Shown here one piece after another: positions 1 through 10,041 of a DNA stretch of 64,000 nt (position 1 is the first letter of the stretch; every line of letters starts with the position of its first letter). The DNA lies in NCBI GenBank assembly GCA_903926465.1, contig CAIYJE010000089.1, positions 8,945-72,944 on the forward strand. The letters are read 5' to 3'. Source of the stretch: an uncultured Planctomycetales bacterium (lineage in GTDB: Bacteria > Planctomycetota > Planctomycetia > Isosphaerales > Isosphaeraceae). Position numbers and translations under genes: made by a program. The notes beneath the pieces were generated by a model. It was not told where the DNA came from and made no database searches. It saw only the letters and a list, made by a program, of their open reading frames with translations.

Positions 1-192
1 ATCAATAAAGAGACCCTGGTTTCACGCAACGTTCTGGAGAAGGGAAACTCGCGGCAGGCGGCCGCAGGTGAGATCGAACTTCTGGAGAAGCTGCTGGCCA
101 TCGTCAAAACGGCCCATGCCGAGATTCTCGATGCCCCCGATGAGGTCCGTCTGAATTTTCACCTGGATCGGGCAAACGCCCCCACGAAGTGA
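1..192 (+). CDS. 3' end of an unidentified CDS (partial, enters from outside the window)
   Basis: Frame +1 is open from base 1 to the TGA at 190-192 (...LLEKLLAIVKTAHAEILDAPDEVRLNFHLDRANAPTK*). No family recognised. Confidence 0.3.
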   Translation: MNKETLVSRNVLEKGNSRQAAAGEIELLEKLLAIVKTAHAEILDAPDEVRLNFHLDRANAPTK

Positions 193-250
193 CCTGGGTT
201 CTGAAAACCACCGCCATGCCAGGCGCTTTGCCGTAAGAGGAGACCGATCC

Positions 251-1648
251 GTGAGATCCGTTCGACGTCGAGAGGATGCCGTTGCCGCCTGGGCGCCGTA
301 CGCACCAAGCCCAGAACAGCCCTGGAATCTGGCCCGTGTGGCGCACCTGCACCGCCGGGCCGGCTTTCAGGCCCCCTGGAGTGTGCTGGAACGCGATCTG
401 GCCGAGGGGCCTGAGGCTGCGATCGACCGGTTGATTCATGGAGAGCCAACCGCGCTCGACGGCCAGCCGGCAGCGCAGTTTGAACGCACCATGGATCTGC
501 TGTCGGCCGAGAGCGCGGCCTCAGGATCACTCTCCAGGCTCCAGTCTGCCTGGATCTACCGCATGATTCTGACGCCGAACCCGTTGCGTGAGCGGATGAC
601 CCGGTTCTGGCATGGCCACTTTGCGACCTCCAACACCAAGGTGAACAATCTCAAGCTGATACATCGCCAGTCGGCCCTGTTCCGCAGCCATGGAATGGGT
701 GATTTTCGCGAGTTGCTCAGCGAGGTGGGACGCGATCCGGCGATGCTGATCTTTCTGGATTCGCCCACCAACCGGAAGGCTCATCCCAATGAAAACTACG
801 CCCGCGAGGTCATGGAACTGTTCAGCCTGGGACGTGGAAATTATTCCGAGCAAGACGTGAAAGAGGCGGCCCGCGCGTTCACGGGAAGGTTTGTGCAGGG
901 AGATCGCTTTCGTGAAGTGGCCGCGCAGCACGATGGAGAAATCAAGCAGATCTTGGGCAAGGAGGGGGTGCTCAATGGTGAGACCGTGGTTGGCATCCTC
1001 GTCGATCAACCGGCTTGCGCCCGCTTCTTGGCGCACAAGCTGTACAGGCTATTCATCAGTGAGTTCGACGATCCTGACCCCGCCTTGCTGGAGCCGGTTG
1101 CCAGCAACCTGCGAGCGGCGAACTATCGCATTCAGACAACCGTGGAAATGATCTTGCGCTCGCGGCTCTTCCATGATAATGCCAGCCAAGGCCGCAAGCT
1201 GCGTAGCCCTGTGGAACTGGCGGTGGGGACGGTGCGGGCCCTTGAAATTCTGGATCCCTGCCCGTCGCCAGAGACGCTTGCGGCCGCGTGCACTCGAATG
1301 GGGGAAGCTCTGTACGCGCCACCCAATGTGGCCGGCTGGCCCGGTGGAACCGAATGGATCAATACGGCGAGTTCCTTGGAGCGTGCCAACCTGCTGCTGG
1401 GTTTGCTATCCAAGAGTGATGACAAACTGGGGCGGCGGCTCAATCCCGAGGCGCTGGCCAAGCGATACTCATTCGCGAATCCAGGAGACACTCGCAATTT
1501 CTACACACAGTTGCTGGTTGAAGGTCCGTTCCAAGACGGACTTCGCTCGGCGGTTGAACGGCAAGCGCAGCCCGATAGCCAAGAGGACGACCGGGTCCGG
1601 TTCGATATCTCGCTCATTCTGACCGCGCCCGAGTATCAGCTGACTTGA
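251..1648 (+). CDS. DUF1800 domain-containing protein
   Basis: 465-aa ORF with a GTG start. The block WHGHFATSN...LIFLDSPTNRKAHPNENYAREVMELFSLGRGNYSEQDVKEAARAFTG matches my memory of DUF1800. It is followed directly by its usual DUF1501 partner. Confidence 0.85.
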   Translation: MRSVRRREDAVAAWAPYAPSPEQPWNLARVAHLHRRAGFQAPWSVLERDLAEGPEAAIDRLIHGEPTALDGQPAAQFERTMDLLSAESAASGSLSRLQSAWIYRMILTPNPLRERMTRFWHGHFATSNTKVNNLKLIHRQSALFRSHGMGDFRELLSEVGRDPAMLIFLDSPTNRKAHPNENYAREVMELFSLGRGNYSEQDVKEAARAFTGRFVQGDRFREVAAQHDGEIKQILGKEGVLNGETVVGILVDQPACARFLAHKLYRLFISEFDDPDPALLEPVASNLRAANYRIQTTVEMILRSRLFHDNASQGRKLRSPVELAVGTVRALEILDPCPSPETLAAACTRMGEALYAPPNVAGWPGGTEWINTASSLERANLLLGLLSKSDDKLGRRLNPEALAKRYSFANPGDTRNFYTQLLVEGPFQDGLRSAVERQAQPDSQEDDRVRFDISLILTAPEYQLT

Positions 1649-1716
1649 ACTGGTCAGGTCATTAGCACGCGTTTGTTCATAGTTCAATGCGAATCATAAG
1701 ATCTGGGGAGTTTTAC

Positions 1717-2970
1717 ATGTCATTGCATCGCCGTGATTTTCTGAAGGCTGGCCTTACGGGAAGTAGTCTGGTTGCGTTTGGGGCCTCGACGGTGCCCGGG
1801 TTCCTTGGCAAGACCGCAGCCGGGGCCAGCGTGGCGACCGACCGCGGCGAACGTGTGCTGGTTGTGGTGCAGTTGCTGGGCGGCAACGATGGTCTGAATA
1901 CAGTCGTTCCCTTCAAGGACCCCGGGTACGACCGTGCACGCAAGGTTTTGAGAATGAATAGCGGGCAACTGATCAGCGTAAATGACGAATTGGGTCTGCA
2001 CCCGTCGCTGGGCGGGTTCGGCAAGCTTCTGGAGTCTGGCCGGCTCTCCATTCTGCAGGGCGTGGGGTATCCGAACCCTGACCGTTCCCACTTCCGGTCG
2101 ATGGAGATCTGGGAAACGGCAAGGCTGGACCATGGCCGAGATTCCCTGGATACTGGCTGGCTTGGGCGTACGATTGACCGGACCGGTGGCGAGGCTGCCA
2201 GCGAGTCTATTCCGGCTATGAGCCTGGGCGGGCAGGGGCTACCGCTGGCCTTGAAATCGAGTCGACGTTCTGCGCTTGCCGTGCAAGGGCTTGAGCAGTT
2301 TCATCTGCGGCTTTCTGAGAAGCAGGCGGCTCGTCAGTCTGAGGCTGCGGCCTTGCAAAACGTGGCCAGTGTGGCGCAGCCTGCAGACCCGGTCCTTGAT
2401 TTTGTGAGGCGATCCACGCTGGCGGCTTACCAGTCCAGTCAAACGCTGGAAAAACTGCTGGATGATAAGGGGACAGGGGTTACTTACCCGGGCTCTGGGC
2501 TGGGTCAACGGCTTTCTAGCATTGCACGGATCATCCGAGCTGGATTCCCGACCCCGATCTTTTATACAACCTTGGATGGCTTTGATACGCATGCCAACCA
2601 GCCAGGCGCACATGCGGCATTGCTTTCGGAACTGGGCGATGCCTTATCGGCTTTTGAGGCCGATCTGAAGAGCTCGGGGCAGGCGGAGCGAGTAACCACG
2701 CTGGTGTTCAGCGAGTTCGGGCGTCGAGTTGAGGAAAACGCCTCGTCTGGCACCGACCATGGCGCGGCCGCACCGGCGTTTGTGCTGGGGCCGCTCGCCC
2801 GGCCTGGCCTGGTTGGTGCTCACCCGAGTTTCGATGATCTGGACGATGGCGATCTCAAACACCACACTGACTTCCGGCGCATCTATGCAAGCCTGCTCAG
2901 CGAATGGTTGAAGCTAGATGCCAGTGCCGTGCTTGGTCCAGGCTTTGAGCCCCTGGGGCTGTTTGCGTGA
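1717..2970 (+). CDS. DUF1501 domain-containing protein (sulfatase-like fold, Tat-exported)
   Basis: Twin-arginine signal MSLHRRDFLKAGLTG at the internal ATG 1717 (the longest ORF starts at 1687). DUF1501-like blocks GGNDGLNTVVP, GFDTHANQ, SEFGRR and GTDHG are present. Confidence 0.85.
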   Translation: MSLHRRDFLKAGLTGSSLVAFGASTVPGFLGKTAAGASVATDRGERVLVVVQLLGGNDGLNTVVPFKDPGYDRARKVLRMNSGQLISVNDELGLHPSLGGFGKLLESGRLSILQGVGYPNPDRSHFRSMEIWETARLDHGRDSLDTGWLGRTIDRTGGEAASESIPAMSLGGQGLPLALKSSRRSALAVQGLEQFHLRLSEKQAARQSEAAALQNVASVAQPADPVLDFVRRSTLAAYQSSQTLEKLLDDKGTGVTYPGSGLGQRLSSIARIIRAGFPTPIFYTTLDGFDTHANQPGAHAALLSELGDALSAFEADLKSSGQAERVTTLVFSEFGRRVEENASSGTDHGAAAPAFVLGPLARPGLVGAHPSFDDLDDGDLKHHTDFRRIYASLLSEWLKLDASAVLGPGFEPLGLFA

Positions 2971-3139
2971 TCGCTGGTCTCATCGACAATAGTTCACGCT
3001 TGAACGTCCATTCGAAAAACCCGCCACTCAGGGATTTTGAAGTCGCGATTTTTGAGCATGTTTCGCGAAATACCCCTGATAACAGGTTGAAAACGAAGAA
3101 TCTCTCGCTAATGCTTCTGTCTGAAACTGGCCCGGCCGA

Positions 3140-4732
3140 TTAATGGCGGAAGTGGCGGCGGCCGGTAAAGAGCATGGCGATGTTGTGCTCATTGCAGGCC
3201 ACGATGGTTTCATCATCTCGCTTGGATCCGCCCGGTTGAACGATGGCGGTCACGCCTGCGGCAGCGGCGGTGTCTGGGCCGTCGCGGAACGGGAAGAAGG
3301 CGTCAGAGGCCATCACTGCACCCTTGGCTCGCTCGCCGGCCTTCTCCACGGCAATCCGTACCGAGTCTAACCGGCTCATCTGGCCGGCTCCCACGCCTAC
3401 CACCTGGCCGCCCCGGACCAGAACGATAGCGTTGGACTTTACAGTGGAGCAGACGTTCCAGGCGAAGACCAGATCCGCACTTTCGGCATCGGTTGGTGCG
3501 CGGTGGCTGGCCAGTGTGCCGTCAAGGGGGGCGGCTGCCAGTTGGTCCCAGGTTTGGACGAGCAGGCCGCCCTCGATGCGTCTCATGTCGAATCCTGGTG
3601 GTTTGGGAGAGCCTGGCCCAAGCGGGAGTCCTACTGCGACCAGGCGTACGCTATTGCGCCAGGTGGGCTTGGTGGTCAGCCATTCAAAGGCATCGGGCTC
3701 AAACGAGGGGGCAATCACGCATTCAAGGAATCGGCCGGCTTTCCCCATCCGTTCGGCGGTGGCCAGATCAACTGGGCGGTTGATGCCAACAATGCCACCG
3801 AAGGCGCTGACGGGGTCACCCTCGTAGGCCTTTTCAAAGGCCTCGGCGAGGTCGTGTGCCGTGGCCGCGCCGCAGGGATTGTTGTGCTTGAGAATCACGG
3901 CCGAGGGGTGGTTGAACAGTCGGACCAGCCGCAAGGCGCTATCGAGGTCGAGCAGGTTGTTATAAGAGAGTTCCTTGCCGTGCAAGATCTTTGCGGTGGG
4001 CAGGGTGCCGGCAACCGGAGGTCGGTCTGCGTAGAATGCGGCCGCTTGGTGGGGGTTTTCGCCATAGCGAAGCGAACCCACGCAATCAAATTGGAGGTTG
4101 AGCACAGTCGGAAAGGACGTGGTTTCTGCAGGGGCGGCCTGAGCGTTCAGGTATGCGGATATTGCAATGTCGTAGGCGGCGGTCAGGTTAAAGGCCGTCC
4201 GGGCCAGGTCGCGTCTGAGTGTAATGCCAGTTCCACCCTGGGACTTCATGGCCGCAATGATGGTGGCGTAATCTTCGTGGCGGGTGACCACGGCCACATG
4301 GTCATGGTTCTTTGCGGCGGCCCGGATCAGGGTTGGGCCTCCAATGTCGATGTTCTCGATGGCCTCTTCAAACGAGACGCCCGGTTTTGCCACAGTGGTT
4401 TCGAACGGATAGAGGTTGACCACCACAAGGTCGATCAGTGAAATCCCGTGTGCTTCAATGGCGGCAAGGTCTTCTGGCACATTCCGACGCGCCAGAATTC
4501 CACCAGCCACCTTGGGGTGCAGGGTTTTCACCCGCCCGCCCAGGATTTGTGGCTGTCCGGTATGTTCGGCCACTTCCACGGCGGCCAAGCCCGCGTCGGT
4601 CAATGAGCGATGGGTTCCGCCGCTGGCCAGTAGTTCTACCCCGTGGCTCACCAGTGCGCGTGCCAGTTCGATCAGTCCTGTCTTGTCTGAAACGCTGATG
4701 AGTGCACGCCGGATCGCCACGACCTCGTTCAT
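3140..4732 (-). CDS. purH: bifunctional AICAR formyltransferase / IMP cyclohydrolase
   Basis: N-terminus [27 protein letters not shown] (MGS-like IMP cyclohydrolase domain). AICARFT region with KHNNPCG and C-terminal [20 protein letters not shown] ribosome-binding site precedes the ATG at 4732. The longest ORF (to 4834) adds an implausible leader. Confidence 0.95.
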   Translation of the reverse strand: MNEVVAIRRALISVSDKTGLIELARALVSHGVELLASGGTHRSLTDAGLAAVEVAEHTGQPQILGGRVKTLHPKVAGGILARRNVPEDLAAIEAHGISLIDLVVVNLYPFETTVAKPGVSFEEAIENIDIGGPTLIRAAAKNHDHVAVVTRHEDYATIIAAMKSQGGTGITLRRDLARTAFNLTAAYDIAISAYLNAQAAPAETTSFPTVLNLQFDCVGSLRYGENPHQAAAFYADRPPVAGTLPTAKILHGKELSYNNLLDLDSALRLVRLFNHPSAVILKHNNPCGAATAHDLAEAFEKAYEGDPVSAFGGIVGINRPVDLATAERMGKAGRFLECVIAPSFEPDAFEWLTTKPTWRNSVRLVAVGLPLGPGSPKPPGFDMRRIEGGLLVQTWDQLAAAPLDGTLASHRAPTDAESADLVFAWNVCSTVKSNAIVLVRGGQVVGVGAGQMSRLDSVRIAVEKAGERAKGAVMASDAFFPFRDGPDTAAAAGVTAIVQPGGSKRDDETIVACNEHNIAMLFTGRRHFRH

Positions 4733-4805
4733 CTTCCTCGCCTTGCCATCCAGAGCATTAAAAATTTCCGGCTCATGCAAACGCGGCGAGCCGGGCGTTG
4801 TAAAC

Positions 4806-4857
4806 AAAAAAAAGATCAGACGGGCCACGGTCAATCGCCGTGGCCCTGGAATCTGAT
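4806..4857 (-). terminator. Rho-independent terminator (minus strand) between the beta-propeller gene and purH
   Basis: On the minus strand: ATCAGA-ttcca-GGGCCACGG-cgattga-CCGTGGCCC-g-TCTGAT, then C plus a run of 8 T (the A-run at 4806-4813 on the plus strand). Confidence 0.6.
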
Positions 4858-4925
4858 TTCAAAACCAGGGCGAGGCTCGGTGGAATCCCTGTCCCGGTTT
4901 TTTCAGGATGTTCTGAGATAAAGGC

Positions 4926-6287
4926 TCAGAGATTTTCTTCTTCGTCCTCAGCCGCGTCGGGCTGATCGGCATCGGCCGGCTTGGCCGGTGAGGCATTACC
5001 CGGAGTGATCTCGGGGCCTGGTTGGTTAATGAGAGCCGTTTTCTCTTCCGGAATCCCTTCAGGAGGAATGTAACCGAAGACCGGCTGTTTGGGGTCTCGC
5101 AACGGTGAGGGGTGAAGGTGACCCATCTCTCGCAGGCTGTAAACCATGCCGTTCGGGTTTGCGAGGTAAATCCGGTCGTTTTCCGCGTTGATCACGTTCA
5201 CCGTGTAGTTGCGAGAGTGGAGTTCCGCCCGCTCATACGAATCTTTGGGGCTGGCGAGCATCTGGCCGGTGGCCCGGTCCACAATCGACATTTCTCGGTA
5301 GATGGTCATCAAGTACAGTCGGGTGGGGCTGATGGCGACAATCTCTGAGCATTCGGTCGGCCGCTCCCAAAGAATTTTGCCCGCTGTGCCGTCGATGGCG
5401 ATCAGTCGGCCCACATTATTGATGGCATAAACCTGGTCTCCAGCAACGCTTGGCGCATGGCTGATGGGATCTCCGGTGGCTACAGACCACTTGGGATTGC
5501 CAGAGAAAAGGTCGATGCCGTACAGCTTCTTGTCTTCACTGGGCACAATCAGAGTGCGAGTTCCAAAGCCGACCAGCGGGGCCACTACGGGTCCGTCGGT
5601 CAGGAAGCGATAGAGCGGCTCAACCATCCCCTTGCCGGGTTCGGGAATGATCGCGGTGTATACGCGTTTGTCATGACTTCCAAGTGCAATCACCTTGGGA
5701 GAGAGCAAGGGGCGTGCGGAGAGGGTGTCATGCGTTTGCATGGCCCAAGCGAACGTACCAGGCGAACGGCCCGGTGGATCTTCCTTGGAACGGTCTTTCA
5801 GGTTGTAGGCCACCAGTTTGCCGTTCTGCTCGCCAAGCACCGCATACTCTTCGTCGGCAGAAATTCCGGTTGCCGGAGTGCCGTCCAGTAGTTCTTTCCA
5901 AACGGGGCGGCCCGTTGCCTTATCAAGGCCGATGAGGAATCTACCGGCGGTCACAAGCACGGTGTTGCCGCTGACAGTCGCGGGAAAGGCCAGGTCAATG
6001 CCGCGCTGGAGGGAGGTGTTCCAGAGGTAGCGGCCGGTTTCTGCATCATAGGCGTGCAGCATGCCGCCGCCGGTCTGAGCGAACAGGATTCCGCCAGACA
6101 GGCTGACATCCAATAGCCGGTCGTCGGATGTGCCGAGCGGAACCACGGTTGACCAATTTTTCTCTAACCCGAGCCGACCAAGGGCGGTCCGGGTGAGCAT
6201 GGTCTCTTGCGTGAACGACACCTGAGCGGCAGCGGTGGAGGCCAGGCCCATCAACGCGAGGGAGGCCAGTGCTGTACGTCTGAGCAT
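4926..6287 (-). CDS. secreted PQQ-like (BamB-type) beta-propeller repeat protein
   Basis: Signal peptide MLRRTALASLALMGLASTAAAQ at the internal ATG. Repeated blades of the type G.L.A.D..TG...W are seen. The C-terminal tail is acidic and Pro-rich. Confidence 0.7.
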   Translation of the reverse strand: MLRRTALASLALMGLASTAAAQVSFTQETMLTRTALGRLGLEKNWSTVVPLGTSDDRLLDVSLSGGILFAQTGGGMLHAYDAETGRYLWNTSLQRGIDLAFPATVSGNTVLVTAGRFLIGLDKATGRPVWKELLDGTPATGISADEEYAVLGEQNGKLVAYNLKDRSKEDPPGRSPGTFAWAMQTHDTLSARPLLSPKVIALGSHDKRVYTAIIPEPGKGMVEPLYRFLTDGPVVAPLVGFGTRTLIVPSEDKKLYGIDLFSGNPKWSVATGDPISHAPSVAGDQVYAINNVGRLIAIDGTAGKILWERPTECSEIVAISPTRLYLMTIYREMSIVDRATGQMLASPKDSYERAELHSRNYTVNVINAENDRIYLANPNGMVYSLREMGHLHPSPLRDPKQPVFGYIPPEGIPEEKTALINQPGPEITPGNASPAKPADADQPDAAEDEEENL

Positions 6288-6440
6288 GAGTGGACCCTTC
6301 GGTCTAGGCCGGCGCAATGGGCCCGGTCTGGGCGCAGTACAATGACTCCTAATACTTCCCGACAACCAGGCTCCGGTCAAGTTTCCTGCGAGCATTCGAA
6401 CGGAAGCTGAGCCGATCGGCACCAGGTTTCCGGAAAAGGG

Positions 6441-7265
6441 TTAGTGGAACTCTTTGTAGGGGTCGTCCGGTTTGTCTGGGATTTCTTCGTTTTTCAGTAC
6501 ATCTGGAGCAGGTTCCGGTACGGGGGCAGGGGTTTGGGTAGGCTTCTTGAGGCAGTTCGGGCACGCAGACTCGACCCCGTTGTATTTTTGAGCACAAACG
6601 GCACAAAGCCCCGCACTCCGTCTGAGAGTGCCGAGTGAGGCTCTGAGGCTGGCCCCTTCCGGAGTTTTGGAAAAGGTGTTGGCAACCCGCTCGGCCAGGT
6701 TGGCCACATCTTCGCCCACGGTGCCGGTGCGCATCCGCTTCATCAGCAAGCGCAAGAACCAGCCGACCTGTTCTTTGTCCGATTGTGCTCGGGCCTCGGG
6801 CTCAATCAGGCTTGTGAGCTTGCCGTACAAGCTGAGGACGGTTTCCGGGTCATTGGCGGTGCGTGCGGCCGCCAGTTGTGCCTGAAGATCCAGTGAATGG
6901 GAGGCTCGCCCTTCAATCCAGAGCTCGGCCAGGCGATCCGCCCGTTCATGGCGCTCCGGCACATCAAGGTGGCGGATCTGCTCGATCCGTTCCATGGCCT
7001 GGTCCCAGTCTTTGCGGGCGAGTGCCGCCCGAGATTGGGATTCCAGGTCGGCCAGCAGGGAGGCGGACAAAGCCCGGTTCTCGCCGTTGGTCCCTGCGCT
7101 TTGCGGGTGAGGTTCGGTCCTGGTAAGAAACGGGCTGGTGCCATTCTCCAAATTCTTCAGCGAGACCGAGATCTCACGAAGGGACCCCGCCACGCTCCCA
7201 AGCAGCAGCACGCCAAGAAACAGCAGGAGTACGATGATCGCGAAGACCATGACCGAGAAAGCCAC
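6441..7265 (-). CDS. hypothetical membrane-anchored protein with C-terminal zinc-ribbon-like CxxC...CxxC
   Basis: N-terminal TM helix MAFSVMVFAIIVLLLFLGVLLLGSVAG, a helical middle region, and CAVCAQKYNGVESACPNC near the C-terminus. No family recognised. Confidence 0.6.
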   Translation of the reverse strand: MAFSVMVFAIIVLLLFLGVLLLGSVAGSLREISVSLKNLENGTSPFLTRTEPHPQSAGTNGENRALSASLLADLESQSRAALARKDWDQAMERIEQIRHLDVPERHERADRLAELWIEGRASHSLDLQAQLAAARTANDPETVLSLYGKLTSLIEPEARAQSDKEQVGWFLRLLMKRMRTGTVGEDVANLAERVANTFSKTPEGASLRASLGTLRRSAGLCAVCAQKYNGVESACPNCLKKPTQTPAPVPEPAPDVLKNEEIPDKPDDPYKEFH

Positions 7266-7553
7266 CGGACGACTCCTGGTTTCTTATACTCAAACGAATG
7301 CGTCTTCTTCTGGAGACGCTGGTGTGAAGTCCATTAGAGCGGTTCTTGCCCGGTTCGCAAGCATAATTGCCATCTGGTGCCAGCGAGCCATGTTGATCGT
7401 GGTTCTCGGTTGTGTTGAGCGCTGGGGTTAGTTACGAGCTCGAAGGGGAAGCGAGTGAATTTCTTGTTCTCAAGGCGGGTGCCATGCCACGGTGAAACGC
7501 GTTGACTCGCGAGACTGACTCCCAAAAAACGCCGTCCAATCTTCATGCTAGAA

Positions 7554-7591
7554 ACGAAGATCGCCGCGGGGGTGGCCGCGGCGATCTTCGT
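7554..7591 (-). terminator. Rho-independent terminator downstream of the rimI-like gene
   Basis: Perfect 15-16 bp GC-rich stem CGAAGATCGCCGCGG / CCGCGGCGATCTTCG with a 6-nt loop. It is followed on the minus strand by TTTCT and lies 27 nt after the stop at 7618. Confidence 0.6.
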
Positions 7592-7617
7592 GAATTCGAG
7601 ATGGTTGCAAGATCAGG

Positions 7618-8169
7618 TCAGTTTTCAACCTGCTTGGCAATCCGATTGAAGTGCGGGCCGGCGATGGCGGGCACGGACGGCTCATGATATGTGTAGGTCA
7701 TCAGGTAGCCGTCATCATCGGTATCTTCATAGTAACCACGCAAAACTTCAGTCGCCTTGAAATCCTCGGCGCGGAAGAAGAGCTGGGCTATCAAGTTGGT
7801 CTCACGCACCGTGAGCGTGATTCTGGTCCGACGATGGCTGGAGAGTTTGCCGACGAGTTTGGCAACCATCTGGTGCCCAACCCCGATACGGCGACAATCT
7901 CGAGAGACCGCAAAGTTCACGATCTGCAGCTTGGACTTGTGAAGCTCATAGATCATGAACCCCACAACCCGTTCGCCCAGTTCGGCCACCATGCCAATGC
8001 AGTTCCGCTGGCGTAGTACGCGAAGAAATTCCTCTTCGCTCCAGGGATGCTCGTAGCTGGCATGTTCAATCCCCAGAACTTCCGGCATATCACGACGGAT
8101 CATCCAGCGAATATGCACGCGTGCCTGGCTCCTCGGGGTCGGAACAGCGCTCATCGAGCCTCCTTCCAT
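7618..8169 (-). CDS. rimI: GNAT family N-acetyltransferase, RimI-like (ribosomal-protein-alanine acetyltransferase)
   Basis: MIRRDMPEVLGIEHASYEHPWSEEEF... followed by the acetyl-CoA site VSRDCRRIGVGHQMVAKL. Size and layout are typical of RimI. The exact start is uncertain. Confidence 0.75.
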   Translation of the reverse strand: MEGGSMSAVPTPRSQARVHIRWMIRRDMPEVLGIEHASYEHPWSEEEFLRVLRQRNCIGMVAELGERVVGFMIYELHKSKLQIVNFAVSRDCRRIGVGHQMVAKLVGKLSSHRRTRITLTVRETNLIAQLFFRAEDFKATEVLRGYYEDTDDDGYLMTYTYHEPSVPAIAGPHFNRIAKQVEN

Positions 8170-8529
8170 CCTTGGTCGGGACGATCGAGAGTGCCCCGTG
8201 TGAACGGGGTCGGTCGTATCTTCAGTCCCACCCCGCGAACTCGGTAGAGAGGGATCGTCAGGGGTCCCTCACGCGGGTATCGGGCCCGTTTTCGTGGCGA
8301 GCGGCTTGCCCCTGGAGGAGTGGCGGATTCTATCGAAGCCCCCAGACCCTGCCTAGACCGCTTGCTTGGGGCATGCGCCCCGGCCCGACGCCCATTTCTA
8401 TCGGCTCCAGACCGGGCCAAGGATGAGGAATGTATAGATTGTGTGGAACCGAGCCCAATCTCTGGGTTGTCGGAGGGTTTTTCACCAAATCGTCTTGACT
8501 CGATTCCCCTCCGGACATTCCCGGTTTTC

Positions 8530-8619
8530 AGCGGTTCACGATTGGGTTGCAGGTGCAGGACAGCCGCCCACGGCTGTCTCTTGGAGTCGTTTATGTGTGC
8601 AAGCCAATCGTGAACCGCT
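8530..8619 (-). repeat. nested inverted repeat: 16-bp outer stem enclosing an 8-bp GC hairpin, directly after the stop of the upstream minus-strand gene
   Basis: 8530-8545 aGCGGTTCACGATTGG is the exact reverse complement of 8604-8619 CCAATCGTGAACCGCt. The inner hairpin is GACAGCCG-ccca-CGGCTGTC at 8559-8578. Confidence 0.5.
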
Positions 8620-8624
8620 AGAGA

Positions 8625-9707
8625 TCAATAGCGGGTGAACCCGTACGTCGTGTTCGCAGGGTCGAAGTCGTTGGATTCCAGGCCCGTGTTGGTGGCCAGG
8701 TTCACGTAGGTGTACTCTTCAATCAACTCTGCGGGCACGCCCTCTTCCTGCGGCCAGGCGTACGCCTCGAACCGGATTGGAAGGTGAAGCTCGTTATCCA
8801 CATAGAGCTTGATCTTGTGGTAGGCGTACCCCTCATACTTCACCGGGTGCCTGGACTCAATCATCGTGCAAACACGGTTGCCCACGCGTGAATCATGAGT
8901 CACATTCACTTCGGTCTCGCCCGGCTTCAGTTCAATCTCCCAGCGCGTTGAGACCTGCTCGATCAGATATCCCAGGCCCGCTTCGGTCACCGGGTGTCGG
9001 CAGCCCTTCATGGCAAAGCTTGAAGTGGGGTCAAGCTTCAGGGTTCCAGCAATCAGGCGGGCCATCCCACCCTCATGCACCAGAACCTTGCTGTCATTGG
9101 AGCCTGCCACCCAGATCACCTCTCGCCCGGCAAACGGTTGCAGGAACTTGAAGTAAACGCTGAACGGTCGAGTGAGCACCTTCATCTGCATGGCTTGCGG
9201 ACCCACCAGGGTTCCGTCATCCATCCGTTCACGTTTGGTGAACGTGCAGGTGTAGTCATTTACACTTTTGAATGTCTCTCGACAGTCGGCAATCAGCTTC
9301 CTCGCCTCTTCGATCGGGCCGCTGGTTTCTGCCTCGGGTGCGGCGACAGGCGTGGCTGAAGCCGTGAGCGGATCAGGTTCAATATCCGGAGTTGCAGTTG
9401 CCGTAACCGGACCTGGAACCTGCGGAGCGGTCTCGGGCTTGGAGGCGAAACTCAGACCGGAGGCAAAACTCTGGATCGAACTGGGGAGCGGATCACAGGG
9501 TTGCTTCGGTATATTGGAGATAAGCACGTAGCTGGCCGGCTCGTCTACCACAAGGACCGAGGCCGCTTGAGTGCCCTCAAGAGACCGACCATCGGAGCGA
9601 AGGTCTTCCCAGTCGTAAGCTCCCAGGAAATACGCGGGGGCCAGCAGCCCAAGTGCGGCCGGGAACGCAAAACGCCGACGCCAACCTGAGATTCCAGCGA
9701 GGCTCAT
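8625..9707 (-). CDS. DUF1571-like (LolA-fold-like) secreted protein
   Basis: N-terminal signal/anchor, then a Pro/Ala-rich linker. The C-terminal ~230 aa (CRETFKSVNDYTCTFTKRERMDDG...VLTRPFSVYFKF...VLVHEGG) resemble DUF1571 as I remember it. This is a recall-based call. Confidence 0.55.
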   Translation of the reverse strand: MSLAGISGWRRRFAFPAALGLLAPAYFLGAYDWEDLRSDGRSLEGTQAASVLVVDEPASYVLISNIPKQPCDPLPSSIQSFASGLSFASKPETAPQVPGPVTATATPDIEPDPLTASATPVAAPEAETSGPIEEARKLIADCRETFKSVNDYTCTFTKRERMDDGTLVGPQAMQMKVLTRPFSVYFKFLQPFAGREVIWVAGSNDSKVLVHEGGMARLIAGTLKLDPTSSFAMKGCRHPVTEAGLGYLIEQVSTRWEIELKPGETEVNVTHDSRVGNRVCTMIESRHPVKYEGYAYHKIKLYVDNELHLPIRFEAYAWPQEEGVPAELIEEYTYVNLATNTGLESNDFDPANTTYGFTRY

Positions 9708-10041
9708 GCGAGAGAGACCCTTCCACCGGTAGAGAGCCGGGAGAGGCTGGGGGGGACGGAGGTCATGTCGAAAACGAGGAACGGCCGACCCAGGCAGGGG
9801 CCTCTCCCGCTCGCGAAATGGGACGATCTACCAGACGCTCGGAGCGATTCCTTGATGCATGGATTGATCGCGTCAAGTACTGTCAGTGTCCACTTCGATC
9901 CATCGACCAATCCGGCCGTCCTTCCACGCACCATTTTTGGAAACCTTGGCCGGAACTTGTTTCAATCAATGCCCCCGGAAGAGTCGATACACTCGAACTT
10001 CTTCGGAACGACTTCCAAAAGGACTCCCAGGTGGGAGACAG

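Noticed and set aside
3143-4856. Long plus-strand ORFs opposite purH (for example 3503-4441, 312 aa). Similar long antisense ORFs lie opposite mfd (21412-22263), the heme-binding protein (41172-42092), the KAS gene (43578-44450) and the PPIase (18973-19743).
   Set aside because: They have the Arg/Gly/Pro/Ala-rich composition typical of shadow frames in GC-rich DNA. Each lies fully inside a confidently identified gene on the other strand.
4733-4925. Possible ZTP (pfl) riboswitch in the purH leader, since purH is a classic ZTP-regulated gene and a terminator hairpin sits upstream.
   Set aside because: I could not find the conserved pfl elements in the correct order on the minus strand (the CUGGCG / GGUGG..CCACC / GGGAGC core and the 3' CCGCCUGGGC pseudoknot strand). 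The terminator is better explained as ending the upstream propeller gene. An Rfam scan would settle it.
8170-8624. Tested whether the GC-rich gap encodes RNase P RNA, tmRNA, SRP RNA or a tRNA.
   Set aside because: No GAGGAAAGUCC-type CR-I box, no tmRNA tag ORF or T-arm/ACCA end, no SRP GGAA tetraloop domain and no cloverleaf could be found on either strand by eye.
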